A stretch of 39,091 nt of DNA from a virus. Its lineage: Duplodnaviria > Caudoviricetes. The DNA is taken from positions 1 to 39,091 of IMG/VR virus record IMGVR_UViG_3300048890_000088, one strand, 5' to 3'. A model generated the notes under the pieces. That model was not told the origin of the DNA and made no database searches. It was given only the letters and a program-made list of their open reading frames with translations. How positions within the stretch are numbered: the stretch's first letter is position 1; every line of letters starts with the position of its first letter. A program made the translations under genes and the position numbers. Positions 1 through 6,131 of this stretch are shown here, piece by piece.

Positions 1-127
1 CCTGGTGCATGGCCTTCGTGAGCGCGGTGGGGCGCCAGGCGGTCGGGGCCGCGTGGCCCCTGCCCCGGCTCGCCGGCGTGCAGCTGATGGTCGACCACGC
101 GAACGCGGCCGGGCTCCTGCCGGTGGA
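1..127. repeat. 127-bp terminal direct repeat (copy 1); circular-assembly overlap
   Basis: 1-127 is identical to 38965-39091. 127 is a common assembler k-mer, and the endolysin ORF reads through the junction. Confidence 0.95.
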
Positions 128-356
128 GACGCCGGCGATCGGGGATCTCCTGGTGGTCTGGCATGAGGAGCAGCAGCGGTTCGCGCACGTCGGCGTGGTG
201 GCCGAGGTGAAGGACGGCCTCTTCCGTTCCTGGGAGGGGAACACGAACGACAACGGGTCCCGCGAGGGGACCCGGGTGCTGCTGCAGAAGCCGCGGCGGC
301 CTGGGCCGCGGTTCAAGTTCGTCCGGTGGACCGCACTGCTGAAGGAGGTTGCCTAA
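1..356 (+). CDS. CHAP-domain endolysin, 3' part (gene starts at GTG 38820 and wraps the origin)
   Basis: Joined protein has PWCMAFV, HVGVV and EGNTN, the CHAP Cys/His motifs; it follows holin-like genes. Confidence 0.85.
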   Translation, partial: WCMAFVSAVGRQAVGAAWPLPRLAGVQLMVDHANAAGLLPVETPAIGDLLVVWHEEQQRFAHVGVVAEVKDGLFRSWEGNTNDNGSREGTRVLLQKPRRPGPRFKFVRWTALLKEVA

Positions 357-637
357 TGGCATGGCGACTCCGGTGGTTCAAGGGCGATGGAGATGCCGAC
401 GCCGCGGGGTGGCCGGTGGGGGGAATCTGGCGCAGCGGTGCTTCCCTGCTCCTTATCACACCAGTCGGCCTCGCCGACATCGCGCGATGGGAACAGATCG
501 GTCCGGATGAGAAGCTCACCACCCGTCCCTCGATCCTCTGTCAGGGTGAGGGTGTCTATCACGGCTATGTCACCGACGGCGTCCTCACGGACGACTGCGA
601 GGGCCGACTCTTTCCCGATCATCCGGCGACCGCATGA
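356..637 (+). CDS. small protein, DUF6527-like
   Basis: ATG overlaps the endolysin TAA; motif LTTRPSIL...YHGYVTDG. Confidence 0.5.
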   Translation: MAWRLRWFKGDGDADAAGWPVGGIWRSGASLLLITPVGLADIARWEQIGPDEKLTTRPSILCQGEGVYHGYVTDGVLTDDCEGRLFPDHPATA

Positions 638-1194
638 AATATCTCCGGCTCTTCGCCCTCGGGGCCTTCGCCGGCGTCGCGCTGCTGCTCTGGCTGCAGG
701 TCCGCTCGAGCGCCACCCAGTCTCAGGAGATCGCCTCGCTCGAGTCCTGGGAGAAGGGCGCCCGACTGCGGCTCTCGCATGCCCTCACGCGGCAGAGCAC
801 GACGCGCGAGGCCGCGGTCTCCCTTCGCGGACGCTACCGGGCCTTCCACGCCGATACGCTCTATCTACCGGGGAAGCCGGACACTGTCTGCGTCCCGATC
901 GCTCTGATCGCCACCGCCGATTCGACGATCAATGCCGACAGCACCGACCAAACCGCGAGCGACACTGTCGTCGCGATCGCGGTTCCCCTGGCCGACTCGG
1001 CCGACCGTAGGGCGGACCTTGAGAAGAAGCGAGCAAAGGGACCGTGGATCCGCTCCTATGCTGAGCTGCTCTTCTCGGGATCCCATCCCCGCGCGGCCGC
1101 ACAGCTCGAGGCGGGCCGCCGGCTCTCTGCCGTGGCCCGCCTCGAGATCGACACCCTGCCCCGGATCTGGGCAGGGCTCCGCTATCAGTTCTAG
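634..1194 (+). CDS. envelope protein at the spanin position (N-terminal hydrophobic helix, C-terminal beta-strands ending WAGLRYQF)
   Basis: ATGA overlap; last gene of the lysis cassette; hydrophobic residues 5-23; terminal aromatic beta-signal. Confidence 0.6.
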   Translation: MKYLRLFALGAFAGVALLLWLQVRSSATQSQEIASLESWEKGARLRLSHALTRQSTTREAAVSLRGRYRAFHADTLYLPGKPDTVCVPIALIATADSTINADSTDQTASDTVVAIAVPLADSADRRADLEKKRAKGPWIRSYAELLFSGSHPRAAAQLEAGRRLSAVARLEIDTLPRIWAGLRYQF

Positions 1195-1195
1195 T

Positions 1196-1537
1196 CTATC
1201 GCGTAAGCCAGGCACACCGAACCATGGTGATCTTACTGACAAGGGCCTCCCACCCCGGGGGGCCGTTTGCTTCGTCAATCTCCCCTATTTCAATCTTGAC
1301 GAGCTCCTCCACGTCGAAGGTGAACCAGCGCCTTCGGTACTCCTCACGGAAGCTCTCGTCGGTGACCCATGCCACCAGCCCCCATCCTACTTCACCGTCT
1401 ACGAGCCCCCGCCCTAGGCAATACGGCTTCACTTCGAAGGGACCCCAATCGTATGAGAACCGCAACAGACGACGCTCTCTGATTGCCTGACAGAGCAAGT
1501 CGAGCGTGGGCGGATCCGCGGGGCGCTCGGGCCTCAC
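1196..1537 (-). CDS. stand-alone WYL-domain protein (~113 aa)
   Basis: GTG overlaps the upstream TGA. AIRERRLLRFSY...EVKPYCL...WGLVAW...RRWFTFDVEEL matches the WYL pattern (AI..r..l.f.Y; v.Py.l; wYL.a; r.Fr.dri). Confidence 0.7.
   Translation of the reverse strand: MRPERPADPPTLDLLCQAIRERRLLRFSYDWGPFEVKPYCLGRGLVDGEVGWGLVAWVTDESFREEYRRRWFTFDVEELVKIEIGEIDEANGPPGWEALVSKITMVRCAWLTR
1244..1272 (+). terminator. putative intrinsic terminator of the late/lysis transcript
   Basis: GGCCTCCC-ACCCC-GGGGGGCC hairpin followed by GTTTGCTT. Confidence 0.4.
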
Positions 1538-1947
1538 CTGCGGACGGCCGCGGTCCGGCTCCTGCGTGCCCCCGCAGTCGCCGGCTTCCCGCTCGGGGCG
1601 CGGTTGTCCAGATAGTTCCACAGCTCTGCGCGCGCGACCTCCCACTGGCGGCCGCGCTTCCGGCCCTTCAGGCGCTTCGCGTTCAGGAGCACCCGGAGGG
1701 TCGCCGTCGCGATCCCCCCTTCCTTCGCCGCCTCGGCCAGAGTGAGCCACTCGGCCGCAGGCAGGGCGTTCTCGACCACGTCGCGCCCGTACTTGGCACT
1801 CGCCTCGAGGATCTCGACGCTGAGCAGGCGCCCGCTCGCATCGAGATCGGCGAACGTGTCGGGGGTGAGCTCGATGGTCTGCGTCGAGCGGCCGGCGAGC
1901 AGCTCGACGTTCAGGGCGTCGGTCTCGGGGTCATAGGTCAGCTTCAT
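1534..1947 (-). CDS. DUF2283 antitoxin-like domain fused to an HTH_17 (excisionase-like) DNA-binding domain
   Basis: MKLTYDPETDALNVEL...DLDASGRLLSVEILEAS is DUF2283-like; WLTLAEAA..GIATATLRVL...LKGRKRGRQWEV is HTH_17-like. Confidence 0.85.
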   Translation of the reverse strand: MKLTYDPETDALNVELLAGRSTQTIELTPDTFADLDASGRLLSVEILEASAKYGRDVVENALPAAEWLTLAEAAKEGGIATATLRVLLNAKRLKGRKRGRQWEVARAELWNYLDNRAPSGKPATAGARRSRTAAVRR

Positions 1948-2008
1948 GGGGATCACTCCTCGGCCCAGGGGCCGTTGATGCGTCAGAGAAAGTAAGGCGG
2001 GGGCGGGG

Positions 2009-2251
2009 TTACCGCCCCCCCCTGATGTGGGCCGAGATGACTTTGATGTAGCTGGGGTGGTCCGCGAAGATGACTCGGAGGTGCCGCCCTTTCACTTCCC
2101 CGTCGACTTGCCACCGCTGGGAGACGGCGGTCCAGAGGTTCTTGGTTGGGGTGGCGGTGTGGAGCAGCCACCGGATGTCCGCGCGGTTGATGCCGCGCTC
2201 CTTGAGCTTCTTGGCGGTGTGGTCACCGATGAGGATTGGCTTGGTCGTCAT
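2009..2251 (-). CDS. DUF4258-family putative RNase toxin (BECR/RelE-like fold)
   Basis: HTAKKLKERGINRADI...GRHLRVIF...IKVISA; directly upstream of DUF2283. Confidence 0.75.
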   Translation of the reverse strand: MTTKPILIGDHTAKKLKERGINRADIRWLLHTATPTKNLWTAVSQRWQVDGEVKGRHLRVIFADHPSYIKVISAHIRGGR

Positions 2252-2257
2252 GGATTG

Positions 2258-2285
2258 AATATAAGCGATAGCGTTTATATGTCAA
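2258..2285 (-). promoter_or_regulatory. sigma70-type promoter of the toxin operon with an operator-like inverted repeat; probably leaderless mRNA
   Basis: TTGACA-16-TATATT, then 6 nt to the ATG; TATAAGCG-ATAG-CGTTTATA at 2260-2279. Confidence 0.7.
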
Positions 2286-2298
2286 TACCCCTAGAATA

Positions 2299-2402
2299 GG
2301 GGGTGTACGGCCGTTGGCCCCGAGAATAGCGGCTCAGCCGACCTCCCCCGGCTTTTGTTCGGGAACGGCCGGACGGCATCGTGCCGAACTCCGGATACCC
2401 CC
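2299..2402 (+). ncRNA. candidate structured small RNA
   Basis: Nested stems GGGGGTGT/ATACCCCC, CGGCCGTT/AACGGCCG, CCCGAG/TTCGGG, AGCCG/CGGCT and CGGCA/TGCCG; -10 TAGAAT at 2292-2297. Confidence 0.45.
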
Positions 2403-2430
2403 ACCCTTGACGCCCTCCCCTTCGAGGCCC

Positions 2431-2469
2431 AAGATAAAGGCGCGCGGCGGCAACTTGCCACCACGCGCC
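2431..2469 (-). terminator. intrinsic terminator downstream of tRNA-Thr
   Basis: Minus strand GGCGCGTGGTGGCAA-G-TTGCCGCCGCGCGCC (G-U pairs favour this strand), followed by TTTATCTT. Confidence 0.75.
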
Positions 2470-2482
2470 CCAGGTTAGTATG

Positions 2483-2556
2483 TGCCCCCGGCGGGATTTG
2501 AACCCGCATCCTTCACTTTACGAGAGTGGCGCTCGATCCAATCGAGCTGCGGGGGC
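2483..2556 (-). tRNA. tRNA-Thr(CGT), atypical D-arm, CCA not encoded
   Basis: Acceptor GCCCCCG/CGGGGGC; D-stem GCTC/GAGC; anticodon loop CT-CGT-AA; T-arm GCGGG-TTCAAAT-CCCGC. Confidence 0.8.
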
Positions 2557-2605
2557 GGGGAGGACCAGGGAGTCGCGCAAACGTCTCCCTGATCCAACTA
2601 CAGGA

Positions 2606-2620
2606 CTACGGCGGCTTCAT
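2606..2620 (-). other. SD-led minigene Met-Lys-Pro-Pro-stop
   Basis: AAAGGAGGT (2627-2635), 6-nt spacer, ATG AAG CCG CCG TAG. Confidence 0.5.
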
Positions 2621-2987
2621 CGTCGTACCTCCTTTCAGGTTCCAGGAGTCACCGCCGGACCGTCCCCACGGTCATCCCGGCGGTGATTCCGCTTTCAGGT
2701 ATCTGTTACCTGACACTCTATCTATGTCGGTCTGGACTGGCGGTCAAGCATCAAGAGTGCTAACCGAAAATTCCCCTTCTCCCTCTTGACGTGAGCAGAA
2801 CAGGCCAACTACCGGCAATTACCCGAACATTTGACCCCCTCGACTGCCACCATCCTAAGCTCACGATGGACACGTTCCCACGCAACGTTCGGTCTAACCC
2901 AGCAACGGTGCGGCGGATTGGGGTTTAGGTCACAAAAGTGACATGGCCCCCGATCTCGGGGGCCATAGGGTCCAACTGGGCAGGGTA

Positions 2988-3209
2988 TCAGCGCCCGGGA
3001 GGCACCATCACCGCGACGCGGTACATAACCCAGCCCAAACCGAGCGAGATCAGCCCTGGAACCAGAAAGACACCAACGTTCACGAGCAAACCGAAACCTC
3101 CGACCCCGCCCCGCAGGTCGCCGTTCCCTTGCATCCCTGCAAGGTTGCCCACACCCAAGATGACCAGCACCATCCCCATTAGCAGGAAGCCTGCGGCCGC
3201 GTAGCGCAT
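2988..3209 (-). CDS. small two-TM membrane protein
   Basis: MRYAAAGFLLMGMVLVILGV...GLLVNVGVFLVPGLISLGLGWVMY; SD GGAGAG. Confidence 0.7.
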   Translation of the reverse strand: MRYAAAGFLLMGMVLVILGVGNLAGMQGNGDLRGGVGGFGLLVNVGVFLVPGLISLGLGWVMYRVAVMVPPGR

Positions 3210-3222
3210 TCGGTCTCTCCGT

Positions 3223-3543
3223 TCAGCGAAGTGGGTGCTGGAGGTCCGCCGCTTCGGCGGCCGCGCGGGCGAACCCATCCGGATCGTCCGGGCCCAGCTC
3301 GAGCTGGTACTCGTCGACCGGGACGCCGGGCTGACCCGGCTCGAGGAGGACCAGCCATTGGCGGCGCTCGCCGTCGAGGGAACGCAACTCCCCCTCGACC
3401 GGATACCAGACTCCGGCCGCGAGGGGGTAGGGACAGGCTCCGACCGCCTCCGATCGGAGGCGCACGGTCGTCGGATAGAGATGCCCTGGCACGGGAATGC
3501 CACCGCCATCGACCAGGCGGAGGTGCTCCGGGTTCAGGGTCAC
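3223..3543 (-). CDS. hypothetical protein
   Basis: GTG overlaps the lipoprotein stop; protein-like composition. Confidence 0.55.
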   Translation of the reverse strand: MTLNPEHLRLVDGGGIPVPGHLYPTTVRLRSEAVGACPYPLAAGVWYPVEGELRSLDGERRQWLVLLEPGQPGVPVDEYQLELGPDDPDGFARAAAEAADLQHPLR

Positions 3544-4598
3544 GGCGCGATGACCAGTGTGCCGCTGACAGGCGTCGCGGTCCAGCCAGGCTGGAGCGCG
3601 GTGTAGTGCCACCCTGCCCCATCGCGGCTCGCGAGCGCGAGCTCCATCCAGCCCCATGTCGGCAGCCACATCCAGATATGGCGCGGATCCTCGAGGTCGG
3701 AGCAGCCGCCGACGGTCGTCCCAACCCCGCCGCTCGAGAGCGTGTCGACGGCCGCGGTCGACCGAATGACCCAGAGCGCAGTGGCGTGATAGATCATTGC
3801 AGGAGCGCTCGCGCCATCACAGGACTGCACCCCGGAGGTGATGTAGGCCCCGCTCACGCTCCAGGTGGTGTCCCCGATCGTCGCCTGCCAGGTGTAGGTG
3901 CCCTTTGGAGCATGGACCATCAGCGTCAGCGTATCGGAGCCGAGCACGAAGCGTTGCCGCCCGGGCACGGAGGCCGTCGCCCGCCAGGATCCCGCGACCA
4001 GCTGCGCGCCGAGGCTATCGATCCCGGCGACGCCGGCCACGGCGATCGGGTTGTTGAAAGCGTCGTGCGCGAAGACTGGCAGGGTGACCACCGAGTCGCC
4101 GGTCACGCGGAGCGTGTCGACCGCGAAGCCCTGGGCGGTGATCGGCCCTGGGATCCCCGTTGCGCAGACCTGTGCAAACGTCAGGGGCTCCCCGGTCTCC
4201 TGATCGACGGCGCGGGCCTCGAGGCACTGCGCGCCGGCCGTCGGACCCAGCGTCCAGAGCTCCTGCGCCCGCCCAATCGAGTCGGTGAGCGCCGCCCCTG
4301 CGAAGACATGCCCACCACCCGAGACGACCACGAAATTCACGAGCTGCCCTGGCACGGGGACCGGCGTACCGCCGGCCGCCTCGGCGCGCGAGCCAGTCGG
4401 CCCGGGGGTCGTATCGAGGACCTGGATGCGGATCGCGGTCGGGAGCTGCTGGCCGACCGTATCGACCTGGCCACTCCCCTGCAGGATCTCGACCCGTGAG
4501 GCCACCAGCTTCGGAGGAGTCGTCGAGGGCCCGGTGGAATCTGAACCGCAGCCGGCGAGGAGCGCGGCCGCCAAGACGAAGAGGTATCGGTGGGTCAT
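3540..4598 (-). CDS. Ig-like (Big-type) surface lipoprotein
   Basis: Lipobox LLAG-C; ILQGSGQVDTVGQQLPTAIRIQV...VPGQLVNFVV..GGG...TDSIGRAQELWTLG is an Ig-like repeat. Confidence 0.8.
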   Translation of the reverse strand: MTHRYLFVLAAALLAGCGSDSTGPSTTPPKLVASRVEILQGSGQVDTVGQQLPTAIRIQVLDTTPGPTGSRAEAAGGTPVPVPGQLVNFVVVSGGGHVFAGAALTDSIGRAQELWTLGPTAGAQCLEARAVDQETGEPLTFAQVCATGIPGPITAQGFAVDTLRVTGDSVVTLPVFAHDAFNNPIAVAGVAGIDSLGAQLVAGSWRATASVPGRQRFVLGSDTLTLMVHAPKGTYTWQATIGDTTWSVSGAYITSGVQSCDGASAPAMIYHATALWVIRSTAAVDTLSSGGVGTTVGGCSDLEDPRHIWMWLPTWGWMELALASRDGAGWHYTALQPGWTATPVSGTLVIAP

Positions 4599-4695
4599 TT
4601 GACGGTCCGTTGATGGTGGTCGCCTACCTTGCCGCCCCCGGCTTGCCGGGTCGAGTACTCCCCCCTAACTTCGGCATTCCTTCGGGAGGAATCCA

Positions 4696-4995
4696 GTGCC
4701 CCTGCTCCCCTACACCTTTTTGGTCACCCGCGACGACCCTGGCTTCAAGCTCAAGGCGGGCGATCGGGTCATTCTGGACTTCGCCAACCTGGAGGCGCCA
4801 ATCGTCTCGGTGCGCTCCCTCGGCCGGAACTATGGGCGCCTCCTCAACCTCCTCGAGCTCGGGATCCTCGTCGACCTCAACGAGGACCAGCCCGTCGAAC
4901 CGCTCCGTCAGGCTGCGCTCGCTTCTTCCCTGCCCCCCGCTCGGATGCCAGGTGCGCGGCCAATCCGCGCCCGCCGCCGGCTGCACCTCCTGTGA
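4696..4995 (+). CDS. hypothetical protein convergent with the repressor
   Basis: SD GGGAGGA before the GTG; candidate promoter TTGCCG-17-TAACTT. Confidence 0.55.
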   Translation: MPLLPYTFLVTRDDPGFKLKAGDRVILDFANLEAPIVSVRSLGRNYGRLLNLLELGILVDLNEDQPVEPLRQAALASSLPPARMPGARPIRARRRLHLL

Positions 4996-5332
4996 CCTCC
5001 GCCCGGAGCTGATCCAGGACCTCGGCCATCCGGCCCGCGGCCTCGAGCATCCCCGCCCGCACCGCCTCCGCATCGCCGACCGCCCGGGCCTTCCGCCGGG
5101 TCAGCGCCCACTCGAGCTCGATCCCCAGCAGCTGACAGGTGCGTAGCCCCGCGTAGGCGTCCGGGATCACTCCCATCGTCATCCAGTTGCTGACCGTCGT
5201 CTGGGAGATCACGACGCCGGCGGCTTTCAAATGCGCCCGGAGCTCCTGCTGGTTCCAGCCCCGGTCCTGCAGCCCTTGGATCAGCGCGAGCCGCCAGTGC
5301 TCGCGCACGTGGGGGTGCTCAATGCGTGCCAT
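4877..5332 (-). CDS. XRE-family HTH repressor (CI-like, no visible S24 peptidase domain)
   Basis: RGWNQQELRAHL...ISQTTVSNW...IP HTH; divergent from the early operon. Confidence 0.8.
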   Translation of the reverse strand: MARIEHPHVREHWRLALIQGLQDRGWNQQELRAHLKAAGVVISQTTVSNWMTMGVIPDAYAGLRTCQLLGIELEWALTRRKARAVGDAEAVRAGMLEAAGRMAEVLDQLRAEVTGGAAGGGRGLAAHLASERGAGKKRAQPDGAVRRAGPR

Positions 5333-5346
5333 GTCGGGCCCCTCTC

Positions 5347-5388
5347 TTGACAGGATACCAGTTATCGGATATCATACCCGGTAACTTG
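5347..5388 (+). promoter_or_regulatory. rightward early promoter with an overlapping operator pair
   Basis: TTGACA (5347-5352)-17-TATCAT (5370-5375); inverted motif CAGTTATCGG...CCGGTAACTT. Confidence 0.8.
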
Positions 5389-5409
5389 ATGCGCCTCAGG
5401 GGCCCCGGA

Positions 5410-5850
5410 ATGGAACCCACAATGATGCCTGCAGCCCAGCCGGCCAACCGGCAGAAGAACGCTTCGGCGGATGTTCGGCTGGGTTTGGCGATCGGGGTGA
5501 AGCCCGCGACCGCCAAGAACATGCTGACCGACCCGGAGACGGGCCTCTGTCATCGCACCAAAGAGGCCCTCGCGGCCCTGCGACTGGCCGGCAACGACGC
5601 GGAGGCGGCGCGGTGGGTCGCGGAGTTCCATGCGGCCGCCACCTTGAACGACGGGGCGGGTCCCCTGCTCGCGCAGCTGCAGCCGAAGGCGATCGCCGAT
5701 GCCGGCGAGGATTGCGCCCGCCAGGCCTTCCTGCTCAACCCCAGCGCGGTCACCGCGAAGCGCCTGGTCTCGGAACTCTGGCTCGAGGCCGGTCGCGCCG
5801 AGCTGACCGCCTTAGCGCTCGAGGCCGAATACGGCCTCCGGGGCCGCTGA
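5410..5850 (+). CDS. Cro/CII-like regulator (putative)
   Basis: First gene opposite the repressor; LGLAIGVKPATAKNML is HTH-like. Confidence 0.5.
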   Translation: MEPTMMPAAQPANRQKNASADVRLGLAIGVKPATAKNMLTDPETGLCHRTKEALAALRLAGNDAEAARWVAEFHAAATLNDGAGPLLAQLQPKAIADAGEDCARQAFLLNPSAVTAKRLVSELWLEAGRAELTALALEAEYGLRGR

Positions 5851-5898
5851 CACCCCCTCTATAGATACCAGTTATCCGGTAACCGGAAAAGGAGCCTG

Positions 5899-6099
5899 AT
5901 GCCCGCCACCGCCGCCGTCGCCCAGCTGGGCCTGAAAGTCGATCCCCAGGAGAAGGGCCTGGTCGACCAGTACCTCGCCCACCGCAACGTCGAGCGGGCG
6001 GCGCAGGGCCAGCCGAAGCAATACGCGCAGGACCACCTCCGCGGCGCGTGGGCGAAGCTCGTCCGCGAGGCGCAGCAGTGGAAGGCGCAGCAGAAGTAG
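5899..6099 (+). CDS. hypothetical protein
   Basis: SD AAGGAG; 66 aa. Confidence 0.65.
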   Translation: MPATAAVAQLGLKVDPQEKGLVDQYLAHRNVERAAQGQPKQYAQDHLRGAWAKLVREAQQWKAQQK

Positions 6100-6131
6100 A
6101 CCGCATCACCAACCCCCTCGAGGAGGGACAG

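Noticed and set aside
2483-2556. tRNA as the attP core
   Set aside because: tRNA integration is typical of tyrosine integrases and none is present; the tRNA is full length with its own terminator. Not fully excluded.
2483-2720. tmRNA or known riboswitch/ribozyme
   Set aside because: The tRNA has a full anticodon arm and no G3:U70 pair; no tag ORF; no consensus I recognise. Needs an Rfam search.
2720-2985. Specific attP call or further copies of the operator motif
   Set aside because: Only short inverted repeats (TCAAGAG/CTCTTGA, GTCAC-AAAA-GTGAC) and degenerate matches; insufficient support.
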